Source: Amoebidium appalachense | Lineage: Eukaryota > Protista > Ichthyosporea | Assembly (NCBI GenBank): GCA_963693365.1 | Contig: CAVNZM010000010.1 | Span: 6,449,794 to 6,513,793 of the forward strand | DNA: 64,000 nucleotides | Direction of reading: 5' to 3' | Shown: positions 1 to 35,189 of the stretch, piece by piece | Layout: every line of letters starts with the position of its first letter | Numbering within the stretch: position 1 is the stretch's first letter | Translations under genes and position numbers: made by a program | Notes under the pieces: generated by a model | Databases searched by the model: none | What the model saw: the letters and a program-made list of their open reading frames with translations, nothing else | What the model was told of the DNA's origin: nothing

Positions 1-275
1 TTTTCACCGGCTACCCTTAATGTTCCACTGCCTTCCAGCACAATAAACATCTCCTCCTGTGCATAGTGGGTGTGGTAGGGGCAGTTTCGTTTTCCTGCGG
101 GGACAATGTCTATGCTTGCGCCGAGTTTCTTGGCTGCTGTTGTACCCGACAGCCAGGCATTTTGGCTGGAATAAAGATCACTCCCCTCTGCATCCGCGTG
201 CTCGTACTCTACTTCGTTGATGTTACGAATCAGCTTCCGACGAAGCTCCTCCACCTTGCTGTTTGACTCAGTCAT
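1..275 (-). CDS. Cupin-domain protein (Cupin_2 / COG3837-like), 5' part; runs off the left window edge
   Basis: Reverse-strand reading from ATG at 275 is open to the edge: MTESNSKVEELRRKLIRNINEVEYEHADAEGSDLYSSQNAWLSGTTAAKKLGASIDIVPAGKRNCPYHTHYAQEEMFIVLEGSGTLRVAGE. It contains a cupin motif-1-like segment (HxH, then E, then G: GKRNCPYHTHYAQEEMFIVLEG). It is absent from the ORF track because there is no stop inside the window. Confidence 0.85.
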   Translation of the reverse strand, partial: MTESNSKVEELRRKLIRNINEVEYEHADAEGSDLYSSQNAWLSGTTAAKKLGASIDIVPAGKRNCPYHTHYAQEEMFIVLEGSGTLRVAGE

Positions 276-1254
276 GGTGCTTGAATGCAGCAACTGGTAC
301 CCAAACTGCAGCCACTTGAGTTAGACGTGTGGCCTTGATGGGTTGATGAGCGGAATAAGTCAGAACAGAAGCACAAAGAAAAAAGCATCAATAAAATAGC
401 AGTCTTTGCCTAGAACTTGGGCTTAACACACAAACACACAGGCAGACCAAAACAGACTCAGTTTTACACACACCCTTTTTCACTACAGAGCTCTCCCTTG
501 CAAACACTCCCTTGCTTCCTTCTTCTGTGCAGCTCTCGCCTGTTCCCCACCAACGCTCAAGACTTCGAAGGCACAAAAAAATTGTGTAAGACACAGAAAG
601 CATGGCCGTGAGCATCAGCACATAAACCAGAATACGTGTGCACACGCCCACTGACACAGACATACCGGACTTGCACGCACAGCAGCAAGCGGACGTGCAC
701 GGATGGGAGAAGTGATGAAGTACGAAGAAAGGACAAGGGAAGGGGGGGAGTAAGAAAAGGGGAGAAGGAACTAGGAAGGGAGGGGGAATGGGGGGGAATG
801 GAGGCGAGTAAGTGAGAGAGAGAGAGGGGTGGGGGGGAGGGGGGGAGGGGGAGGAAGAAGAGGGGGGCGAGAGAGGAGCGGGGATGAGAGAGAGCAAGGG
901 GAGGACCGAGAGAAAGAGAGAGAGAGAAAGAGAGGGGGGGGGGGGGGGGGGGGGGGGAGAGAGAGAGTTTGTGTGTGTGTGAAGTGTGTGCGTGTGTGTG
1001 TTTGGGGGGCGGGAGGGGAGGGGGGAGGAGAGGGGGGCGGCAAGGAAGAGAGTGGGGAGCCTCAAAGGTGTGTGTGTGTGTGTGAGGGAGAGATAGCAAG
1101 AGAGAGAGAGGCCCTGGGAGGGGAGAAGGGAGGGGGAGAGAGAGAGAGGGAGAGACGAGACAGAGGGTGTGTGTACAGTGTGTGAGAGCAAAGACTGAGA
1201 GAGGGAGAGAGGGAGCCTCAAGGGGAGGGGGGAGGGGGGGGAAGGGGGGGGGGG

Positions 1255-1351
<97 letters not shown>

Positions 1352-2687
1352 TGTATGTGTTTGAGCGAATCGGAAGAGGAGGCGGGGGAGGAGAAGGGGA
1401 GGGCCAGGGTGGGGCAATTTGATCTAACTTGCCTTTTGAGTTGTTTTCCTGAATATCCGTGATGCGTGTATTGGACTGTAGACACGGACAATATTCCAAG
1501 CTGAACTCCCGTGACCGCGAGGCGTAATCCCGAGGCTACAACGTTGAAACACCGGTACCGGTTGCTGGTTTTTTCTTTTGTTTCATTGTTTCACTCTTCA
1601 TGTTTGCCAAATCTTTTGTTTCTTCGACATCTACAAAATTGCTGGAAAAGGCAAGTGGCTCACTGGCGCACATACGCAGTCCACACTGGTTGGTGATCCC
1701 TTTTTTTATCCTGTACAATCCGTGTACAATCCGTGAGTCTCTAAGAGGTGATTGGAAAATACAGTTTGTTTTGATTTTTAATTGCTTGCTTATCATGTAT
1801 TGCTTTTGGCCTTTTTGCCACAATTGCCACAATAGAGCAGAGCGCCGCTGTGGCGGCTGGGCGCGGCCGGGCCGAGTGGTTTGGTTTGAGCTTCGCTGAG
1901 ACTTGTAACAAGGGGAGTTGTTTACGTATATATTATATATAGTGTATATATGTAGACACAAGCTGAGACAGAGAAAAATCCAAGCTGAGATGCCATTAAA
2001 CTAAATACAGTAAATACACGACTGCACACTCGCAGCGCTAGTCCTGTATACAGTCGCCCACGGACCCATGTTACCACAGAGGCCAGTGGGACCATCCTAA
2101 TCGCACGAAGAGCCGGGTGTTCGTTTGTCACACCTATGTCACAAGTTTCTTTCTTTATTCAACTAAGCGATTACAAAAGCACTTTGGTCACATATAAATG
2201 CGCGGTATAGCTTCCACATGGTGACTCTTTTCTTTACGCCACGTGTCCTACATCCTGTGTGCACCTTATTTTTGCGCCCAGCAGCCAGGGAAGTTCACTG
2301 GGCAGGGTTTCGCACCTTTGTCACTAGGCCGAAAAGAGGTATGTTCGCGTTGTTCGAAAGAAGCACAAAGAATCTTCCCCTCTCCCTCGTTCCTTTCTCC
2401 TGACTCTGCTACTTCCTGATCACTATGCTTGTAAGGAAGTGCACGGATCGTAGTATATAGAATCGTCGACGTGTTTCATACATGCGCACATGTGTGTATG
2501 CGCGTGTGTGCGCGCCTGCGTACCTGCCTTGTATATGTGTGGATGGATTAGAGGTAGAAAGAGGGCAAGTTGACGGTATATACACAACAATCTGCTCTGG
2601 TTTCCTTTTCTTTTTTTTTTTTTCTCTCTTTTTTTGGGGGGGTGGGAACTTCCGTTCTGTCAGTAATATGTGCCGGCACCTGCAAGA

Positions 2688-8958
<6,271 letters not shown>

Positions 8959-9711
8959 TGTTCCCTGTATTATGGAATCGACCCCCCCCCCCTCCCCCCC
9001 CCCCCCCCCCCCCGCACACACACAAACCCTTCCCCTCCCACCTTCTCTTCCTCCAACCCTCCGTCCCCCCCCCCCCCCCCCCCCCCCTCTCTCTCCCCCC
9101 CTTCCCCCCTCTCCCCTCCTTCAACGATTTTCCCCTCCCCTCAGTGGCATTTCTCCATCTTCTTTAAAAAGCATGTTTGATATTTGGGAACATGTATGTT
9201 TCAACACATTGAGCCCTGTTCTTGGCTGCTAACTTAAACTTGATGATAGTTGCTGGCTAGGACAGGCCTCTACGTATACCTGGTCCATTGATGTCCAGGA
9301 TGGCATATGGGTGGATTTTCTCCCCTCGTCATGTTGCTCTTCCAAGTTGCGCTTACATATGCATAGATGCCTGATAAAAGTTATCAAACACACCTCTGCA
9401 TTACACTGCAACTTTAATTTGTTGAATATAGAGGAATAAGTCTCAACCGAATGACAGGGTCGGTGAAGGTGCATTTATGCTCTAAGTTTCTGGCCATCTT
9501 TGATCTAGAATTTTTCATCGAGAACCCAACTAGTAGTAGTCTTAGTGTGCCTCACCTCTGGTGCAGTCGTGAAAACAGACGAATACTCAGGATAAGCACG
9601 GGTGATATCGCATGGTGTCGTGTGCACCTTTTTGTTGAAGCTTTGTTACTTTTGCTTCATATCTGTTTTGGTTATAAATTTCTTGAGGGCCTTTAGTTTT
9701 TGTTTTTTTTT

Positions 9712-9753
<42 letters not shown>

Positions 9754-9940
9754 GCGTTCCGACACGAGGCTCGTGACATGATGTACAATAACAGCCTTAT
9801 ATATTGTACATGATTGCTATTAACTTAGTATTTATTATTGTACCGTACACGAGCCCGTGTATTTGAAATACAACAGGCACGGTGCTCAACTTGAAGGTCG
9901 ACGTATACATGTTTCATCCACACAGTGTCACACGACCACC

Positions 9941-9989
<49 letters not shown>

Positions 9990-10038
9990 ACACACACACA
10001 CACACACACACACCCACATTCACTCACTCACACACGTG

Positions 10039-10071
<33 letters not shown>

Positions 10072-10260
10072 CAGACATACACACACACACACAGACACAC
10101 ACACACAGTCATTCACACTCATACGCACACGCACGCACATACGGAAACACGGACGTTGACTTATGTATTTCTAGTTGGTTTACAAGGTCTATATTTTGGG
10201 AAATTGAATGGGAACACTCCCTCGACTTTTTGTAGTCCCCCCCCCCCCCCCCCCTCCCGG

Positions 10261-10292
<32 letters not shown>

Positions 10293-12070
10293 AACCAAAA
10301 AAAAAAAAAAAAAACCAGCGGGAGCTCGAGATCGGCATGCACCGGCAGGAGACTCACCCATTATTAGCTACATAGACCGAACCACTCATCCACCTCTCCT
10401 CGGCCTTTCAGCTCGCCATCAAAGTTTTGTTGCTACAGGCTCGATGAGCTAGTTGGTTGGGCTCCATTCAACAGGAATTTGGAATATATAAGAACGGTAA
10501 AATACCTTCAGCAGAGCCGGGTAATTTAGTACCTTTAGAACTTAACAGAGAATAAAACAATAAAAACAATGAAAAAAAAAGGCGCCAGAACATGCAGCTA
10601 TATGGTTCCGTGATGTGTACCCAAGGGAAGTCGTGTGCACAAATTTGGGGGTGACCACGAGCCTTTCGTTTTGATATCAACCCGATTGGACAAAAGAGCA
10701 GCTACAAATATGCGGCTTTGCCCGCCTTCACACACGATTGGTGCGGAACGCACCCTACTCATACTTTTGGAATCTACTGATGATAATTGCCAGGTTTGCC
10801 AAGCAACCAAGCAGGTCAACGTAGTACACATAGTGAAATAAAAGAATTTCTTAGGCTTAGGAAACTAAAGCTTCCTCATTCAGTTTCCCTCTTTTACATA
10901 ATGACTATATCGATATAACAAATCAATAAATTGCTTCGAGACGTAACGACACTGGTGAGTGAGCCGGAGGTGTGCGTGCGTTGTGAACTGGTGCGTGATC
11001 CGGTATGTACTCAGCCAGGCAACGCGTCCGCTCACAAAACGAAGGGAGAACGAAAGGCCGGCAAGCTTCGCTTCTTTCAGCTCTGGTGTACATAACATAG
11101 TGTAATGATAGTTTTCATGGCAGGTATACTTACTAAAAGGGAACACTCACCGTCACACATAAGTGCGCTAGAGATTTCAGCTTGACATCACAGCCCCCTC
11201 GGCGTTAATCGTTTGAATCGTAACATGCACCTAGATCTGCTTATGATCTTTGTCGAGACGAAGCAAGGTAGAGAAAACGCGTGCGTATAGCGATTTCGGG
11301 GTTTTAAGCTTTTCTTTGTTCTATTGTTTAACTTTAAACCCAGAATCTGGAAATGGCAGATGTTTAGCCAGTTGAGTGGCGTGTTGACCATTTAGCACCC
11401 TTCAATCTAATTCCCAGAGGATGAGAAAACCGCTGTCAAGTGAGGTTTACCATACATATGGCTAGGGCAAGAGTTTGAAGGATGCTTTCAAATTTCCTGC
11501 TCAGGTATCCGTAAGTTAAAATTGTTCTAGTCAAGAACTGAGTAGTGGAGACTATATAGATCTCTCGGCACCCGCGCCATGTTGCCTCAGTCAGAAGACA
11601 GCATCGCTCCCAGAAAGACATCAGCTGGGGTCACCGGGAACCAAAGCCATCGTTGAAGGTAACAAGGAGTTTTCTGTCGTAAATCGTCTGTATACTTGTT
11701 GATGGAAGTCTTGGACTTGTGTACTTAATTCGTAAAGCCCATATTCTTTTGCTTCATACCCACCTTGACGTTGTGGACCACAGCAATTTACAGTCAATGT
11801 CAGACTCTAGAAAACGTGTTATCGCGTGGCCTAGTGTACTGCATGTTTGGTAGATTCATAGAATACCTAGCCCTTGGGGGAGGTCTTTACAGCTTTCTGA
11901 TAATAAATATGTCACCTAGCTGGACCGATCTCTGACGATCCTTTGTTTCTCGCCAAAATGTGACACTTACCTATACATCAGAGGAAAGGGTCGAAGGCAA
12001 GGTTGAGGTGATATGTGAGCTCATGACCTGCTAGTTCATGCGACTCATACACTTCAACTCTTAGGATACC

Positions 12071-29301
<17,231 letters not shown>

Positions 29302-29546
29302 GATTTAGGTGAATGATTCAAAATTGTTGATGAATGGTTACTAATGATGGCATTGTATGTAGGATACAGCAACTCTGACTCAATGTTTCTAGCTCTAGTA
29401 TCAAGTTGTCAGCCGGGTCGGCAATATGATACAGAAACTGCCCCGTACTTCTATGTGTATATATATCAAGCGGGTCAAAGCATCCGTATGTAAACAGATG
29501 CACATGACTTACTATGAGTATTAGGCAGTGGTGGTTACGAAAAAAA

Positions 29547-29588
<42 letters not shown>

Positions 29589-29604
29589 AAAAAAAAAGCC
29601 CCCC

Positions 29605-30151
29605 TGTTGGAGTGCAGACTTACGCTCACTCCACAATATGTGTATGTTAGCTTTACAATTGGTTCCGTGTACACAGACACACGCTGACACTCGATCACCA
29701 CATGCACATCTGCATAGTTGAGGAATGTTGCCAATTGTGTTTTGACTGCAAACGATTGGTTCACTGGTCCCAGAGATCTCTAAATGAAAGTAACCAATCC
29801 GATTAGCACCTGGCATCCGGATTACATTCCAGACTGCTGCCCCACGGGTATATAAGCCACGTCTCTGCCAGGTGCAGACATGGAGTTCAGACATGGAGTT
29901 CAGTCATGGAGTTCAGTCATGGAGTTCAGTCATGGAGTTCAGTCATGGAGTTCAGTCATGGAGTAAAGACATGGAGTTCAGTCATGGAGTTCAGTCATGG
30001 AGTTCAGTCATGGAGTTCAGTCATGGAGTTCAGTCATGGAGTTCAGTCATGGAGTTCAGTCATGGAGTTAACACACTGAAAGCAGTAAAAAACGGGTCAG
30101 CGCCCAAGCGCGCCACGACGACCCTAGTCACAGCGGACTCTACTTCCAACA
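29605..30151 (+). repeat. 5' LTR (547 bp) of the TRIM
   Basis: TG...CA ends with a 7-bp terminal inverted repeat; TATATAA at 29849-29855; ~15 copies of the 13-mer CATGGAGTTCAGT. Confidence 0.92.
29879..30070 (+). repeat. 13-bp tandem repeat (CATGGAGTTCAGT)n, ~15 copies, inside the 5' LTR
   Basis: Head-to-tail 13-mers with no spacers; one variant CATGGAGTAAAGA. Confidence 0.95.
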
Positions 30152-30152
30152 G

Positions 30153-30166
30153 GGTTATGGGCCCAG
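30153..30166 (+). promoter_or_regulatory. Primer-binding site complementary to the anticodon-arm region of initiator tRNA-Met (half-tRNA priming)
   Basis: GGTTATGGGCCCAG lies 1 nt after the 5' LTR and matches the PBS type known from Drosophila copia and yeast Ty5-like elements. Confidence 0.85.
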
Positions 30167-30371
30167 ACACGACACCGCGGCCTCTAACTTCATTAGAGAC
30201 TTTCGCTTCCACAAACTCCATCCGCAGCAGCCTGCGACATCAACGTCAAGTATTCCACTTCATTGGCGGGGCACGCACCACAGTGGAATGCACACCCCGG
30301 TCTACCCTGCAAGCAGCCACACTCACTCTCTCTTCTCTAGTGGTGTGTACACTTCTCCAATTGGGTAGGGG

Positions 30372-30841
30372 TGTTGGAGTGCAGACTTACGCTCACTCCA
30401 CAATATGTGTATGTTAGCTTTACAATTGGTTCCGTGTACACAGACACACGCTGACACTCGATCACCACATGCACATCTGCATAGTTGAGGAATGTTGCCA
30501 ATTGTGTTTTGACTGCAAACGATTGGTTCACTGGTCCCAGAGATCTCTAAATGAAAGTAACCAATCCGATTAGCGCCTGGCATCCGGATTACATTCCAGA
30601 CTGCTGCCCCACGGGTATATAAACCACGGCTCTGCCAGGTGCAGAAATGGAGTTCAGACATGGAGTTCAGTCATGGAGTTCAGTCATGGAGTTCAGACAT
30701 GGAGTTCAGTCATGGAGTTAAGTCATGGAGTTAAGTCATGGAGTTCAGTCATGGAGTTAACACACTGAAAGCAGTAAAAAAACGGGTCAGCGCCCAAGCG
30801 CGCCACGACGACCCTAGTCACAGCGGACTCTACTTCCAACA
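30372..30841 (+). repeat. 3' LTR (470 bp) of the TRIM
   Basis: Copy of the 5' LTR with about 4 substitutions and a 1-nt indel outside the bulk of the array, and only ~9 copies of the 13-mer (30646-30760). It is preceded by a polypurine tract at 30363-30371. Confidence 0.92.
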
Positions 30842-31693
30842 CCCCCCCCCCCCCCCCCCCCCCCCCCTCCATAGAGCAACAGCATCAACAATTCTGTCCC
30901 CTTCTAAGCGTAAATATGTTGGCATTGTAGACGTGCTTTTGTTTGGAACTGTTTTTATTACTCAGTAGTATTAGATGAATATGAGCCGGATTCCGAATAT
31001 GCAGAAGCCGCAGAGGTGTTTTCGTGTCATCGAAATATTAAAAGAACCAGCCTGTTGGCGGTGTACACGTGAATGACCATCAGGAGTAAGACACGGTTTT
31101 CACGCAGATGTTTCCGTTTGAAATTCACACACACGTATGTGAAACGGTCAAAGCAGGTCAAAGCTAAATGTACATAATATGCATATGTGGTTGCTTTTGA
31201 GGCCGGAGCATGCGCAAGGGAGGCCCAAATGGCACCGCGATTCATGCATATCTTAACTCGTGCAACACATGTACAGGTGATTGTACAAAAGGTCAGATGC
31301 AACAGCTGTTGGAGAGGCATCCCACTGGTAAGCCCGCACCACAGTATGTGGGAATTCCGAATGTGCCGGGCCCCAAGCCAATGGCCATGTGCCCATGGGC
31401 ATGGACATAGGTGTGGTGTGCGATGCCATGCTGAGCTAATCAACTACCTAATCGAGGCATGCAATCACGGGCAGCATATTTATTCCTGCACCATACGGAG
31501 CCCGAAACACTGCCTGGAACACTCTATGTAAGTGCTACACAACGTCACGATGCACTCGCGCACACTTCACGTGCACGTAGTGCCACGTACGTGTGTACTG
31601 ATAGTCTTACATCAGATACCCTTACTTGTGCACGGCCATCTAGAAACACCAGGCCGGGTATTTCTGTACTTGTGCCATCTTCAGGGCGCTGAG

Positions 31694-31892
31694 CAGGGAT
31701 GTGTCGGTCACTGGCCGGGTGGGTCTCGGGCGGGTTTACGCCAAGGCCGGGTGGATCTCGGGCCGGGTCGTCTTTTCCTGACCGGGTTGGTTCTTGGGTC
31801 TTGGACCCTTGTGATCGGGTTGACCCGCGGGTTACCAAATGCGAAAACCTCGGGTGTTCGCCCGGACTGGCCATATACGTGTGTACATGTAT

Positions 31893-31931
<39 letters not shown>

Positions 31932-32530
31932 CACGTGTGTGTGTGTGTGATATGCTTGCGTGCGTGCGTGCTGTGTGTGCACATGTGCTCGCGGTGTGTG
32001 TGTGGCTTTTCCACGCATGGTGTCTACATGTGAACAGACAGTGCTCGTGTGCTTGCGGCTTACTTGATTATATAGAGCTTGGTAGTGGTGACTAATTAGA
32101 GCAAACACAACGTAACGTGCACAGCAGTTACGATTGTCTCTCTCTTTTTTCTTTTTCTTTTTCTTTCTCTTTTATACTAAAGCGCTAGCCTAGCCTCAGT
32201 ACTCTACTACTGTAGCTAACTATGCCTCGGCAATGTATATACTACCATATATGGACATGATTAAAATACTGTATTGTTATTAGTTCACTGTGCAATCCCT
32301 GAAAACCAATTATCAATCCAAATTTACTACTTATTATGGTTAATATATCATGCTTTACCCTGACCCGGCGGGAACTGACCGGGTCAGAGCCATCGGTCGG
32401 GCTGGGTAAGGGTCTGACCCGCCGGGTCATAAAGCCGACCGGGTTTGAGCAAAAATGCCCCGGGTCGGGGTTGGGTAACGCCGACCCGGCCGGGTTGGTT
32501 CTCGGGTCGACCCAACCCGACACATCCCTG
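31694..32530. mobile_element. hAT-superfamily non-autonomous DNA transposon (MITE), 837 bp
   Basis: Perfect 14-bp TIRs CAGGGATGTGTCGG / CCGACACATCCCTG with an Ac/Ds-like CAGGGATG start. Exact 8-bp TSD GCGCTGAG at 31686-31693 and 32531-32538. Subterminal CCGGG/GACCCG repeats are clustered at both ends. Confidence 0.92.
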
Positions 32531-32549
32531 GCGCTGAGTCAGGTGCACT

Positions 32550-32915
32550 GAGTCGCTTCGCGTTGATCTAAATATCTGAATACTCGGCGAATTTAGAGAA
32601 CCAATGCCGTTCTCTAAATATCTAAAAGTCTGCTCGATTCGCGTAGGCAGTTTAGAAACTGAATTATCTAGATCGTAGATCGCAATTCTATTGGATAAGA
32701 GATATTTAGGCGAGTTCCAAGGACCAATCGTCTCATCCCAGACATCTAGAAGAACCCCCCTCCCCTCTTCCAGATGCGCTCATCTGGAAGAGGATCGAAA
32801 TCAATCTAGATTTTATGCAAACTGTAAAAATTTAACAGATCGATCGAATTGCGGAAGTTTTATACGTAAATTTAACAATCTAGATATTTAGATTTTTTTC
32901 AACGCGAAGCGGCTC
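32550..32915. mobile_element. MITE with 3-bp ACT target duplication (PIF/Harbinger-related group, tentative), 366 bp
   Basis: TIRs GAGTCGCTTCGCGTTGA / TCAACGCGAAGCGGCTC (16/17), plus an inner inverted TCTAAATATCT/AGATATTTAGA. ACT lies directly on both flanks. The AT-rich interior has repeated TCTAAATATCT/TCTAGA motifs. Confidence 0.75.
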
Positions 32916-33846
32916 ACTGTTGTGCACGTGGACGGTCACAGTGTACGTGCGTGGTACCGTTTGAGCCAATCAAGCCCTACTTGCTTATCTTTTTGGTCAT
33001 GCATGACATTATCAACCAATAGTATTAGAGCTACTTGGACCAAATATGATTATTTTTGGGATGCGTTGTATTCCAATGAATTAAAGATACAAATAGCCTT
33101 ATTTGGCAACTGACAGCTTAATAGACCTGTCACCCCAGATTGAGCATGTAATTGTTTGGATATATTCAGGAAACCTTCCATACATAGATAGCCAAGAGAT
33201 TATCAGTGGATCGATGCATCTAGTCAGGGTCTTATAAGTGTTATTTATTTCCCTGATTCTTCCGGAGTATTCTTTGATCAAGCTTAACTCATGACGTAGG
33301 CTTGGTCCTCAGGACTATATAACGCCAGCGGCCGCCCGTTTATGCCAAGATTCTGGTAGTCTGGCAATAAATACAACTAATAAACGCACAAGCGAGATAT
33401 CTGTCAAACGTCTCCGAAGTTGCACATACCTCTACCTGCGCGCTTTCCTCCTTTCACCCAATCCGCTTCGTGACGGTAAACCCCGTCACCATTTTTAAGG
33501 CTGGATTCGGCCTCCGCCCGACTGGCCCTATCCGCTTCGACCATGGCTACATCTCTGAGCCACATCATGTGTTTGCGCAATTATTCTGGTCGCAATCATT
33601 GCAACCCCGGAAGTGAGCCGGCCAAGTGGACCTCAGTCGGGCAGTTGCAATTGTATTCGAATATTCAACCTATTCAACCTTAGATAATCTGTGTCGTTCT
33701 GTTTCTAGTTCGGGTCGTTCTGTTTCTAATGGGTCGTTCTGTTTCTAATTCGTTGTTGTTACATAGTATAGTTGTGCAATTAGTGATTTGAAAACGGGAT
33801 AGCCAGGAAATGAATACGCTCCTGACACGTGGACGCTTTCTGAAGG

Positions 33847-34869
33847 ATGGCGCGTGAAAAGTGTGCAGTATGTAAGGCAGGAATTCGTGAGAACAGGAGA
33901 AATTATAACTTGCCTAAAGATATCAACGCTTTGGTGTTTTTCTTTGGTACTACGGCATCCAATCATCCCAAGGAGGGAAAACTATGCAACCTATGCTATA
34001 TGAATTGGAGGAATACGGTCACAAAGCAAAGTGGACCGTCTGGAGTGGTTGGCGAGTTACCGGCGTCTAGTGTCGCAACCGGGAGTGTCGAACTCGGAAA
34101 CGTGGAGCTGCAGGATGGCCCTAGCACACCAAAAAAGCGACCACCTCCGGACGTTGCCAACACAGACCCTTCCAACGAAAGCTTTAGCACTATCGAACCA
34201 AACCGCCTGCGACACCACACACCCAGCGGCAAAGTGGCCAAACAAACGCGATGTTCAGAGGGCCTTGTGAACGAAACATGTCATGTCTGCATGAAAAAAT
34301 TACTAGAGCTGTATTGGACAACACCCAGCATGTTTCTCATCACACCTGATGTGTATGCAACCACCCGACCCTCCAATTGCGAATGTCCAGCATGCGCTTC
34401 ACCTTTGACCAACCAGACAGCACCACCCGTGAGTGTTGCATATGACGCTACGCACATGGCCGTGTGCGCGTATGTGTTTTGGGGAATGCACAACACCTAC
34501 CCTAGCAAGGATGAAGTAATTGATTTGTACAGGGGGCTGAATAGAGCTAAAAATAGTCAAAATGTGGTTGCGGTTTTTGAGCAATACGGGGTTGATGTTT
34601 CTCGCCCAGAAGAGTGGGGTGATCTGCTGATGAGCCGTAGTGATCAGCATGCAAATGAACTGTACTCACGTTTGATGGCTCTGGGTGTTTTTGTAACATT
34701 GCCTGATAGCAAAGATGCAGCAGAAATACAGGGGGGGTCAGATGAGGCTTTACAGAGTGAGACCGGTGGTAGACACAAGTATGTGAAAGTTGCACATGTA
34801 TATGCATCAACAGTTTACGAAAGGAATGTGATTGGGCTGAATGATAAAAGGTTTTGTATGTTTGTCTAA
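33847..34869 (+). CDS. Transposon-borne Cys-rich (putative Zn-finger) protein, 340 aa; no recognisable DDE catalytic core
   Basis: Longest normal-complexity intronless ORF. It has CAVC...LCNLC at the N-terminus, CHVC...CECPAC centrally and an NLS-like PKKRP. It lies inside the TTAA-flanked TIR element. Confidence 0.7.
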   Translation: MAREKCAVCKAGIRENRRNYNLPKDINALVFFFGTTASNHPKEGKLCNLCYMNWRNTVTKQSGPSGVVGELPASSVATGSVELGNVELQDGPSTPKKRPPPDVANTDPSNESFSTIEPNRLRHHTPSGKVAKQTRCSEGLVNETCHVCMKKLLELYWTTPSMFLITPDVYATTRPSNCECPACASPLTNQTAPPVSVAYDATHMAVCAYVFWGMHNTYPSKDEVIDLYRGLNRAKNSQNVVAVFEQYGVDVSRPEEWGDLLMSRSDQHANELYSRLMALGVFVTLPDSKDAAEIQGGSDEALQSETGGRHKYVKVAHVYASTVYERNVIGLNDKRFCMFV

Positions 34870-35114
34870 TCATTCAAACAATCGTTGATAGCGCTAAATA
34901 TGTGTTGTGTTTGTTGGAAACCCCCCCCCCCAATTTTTGACCTTTTTTGGTATTATGTATACATTATAATAATAAAAATATTGGCTATGGTGCACGTGAG
35001 CTTTCACAGAGCTTACTGCCAGTCGAGCTACACAAGCAGAACAACACAAGCCCACACAACACACAGTTTTCCACAGGAGTGTCTTTGGTAGGTAGTGCGG
35101 GGGGAGGGAGGGAG

Positions 35115-35161
<47 letters not shown>

Positions 35162-35189
35162 GAAACGAATATCAACACCAGTGCATGAA

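Larger units (their letters stand above)
29605..30841 (+). mobile_element. Non-autonomous Ty1/Copia-type LTR retroelement in miniature (TRIM)
   Basis: Two near-identical LTRs (29605-30151 and 30372-30841), each TGTTGGA...TCCAACA. The 220-bp non-coding interior starts with PBS GGTTATGGGCCCAG and ends with purine tract GGGTAGGGG. CCCCC lies on both flanks, compatible with a 5-bp TSD. Confidence 0.93.

Noticed and set aside
10316-10470. Possible Pol III or tRNA-derived RNA next to an A-run
   Set aside because: No cloverleaf or convincing A and B boxes. No tRNA or rRNA could be supported anywhere in the window.
29872-30417. 181-aa ORF with MEFSHGVQSWSSV repeats, and a CRISPR-like look of the 13-bp array
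   Set aside because: The ORF is a translation of the LTR VNTR. The repeats are contiguous with no unique spacers and no cas genes, so this is not CRISPR.
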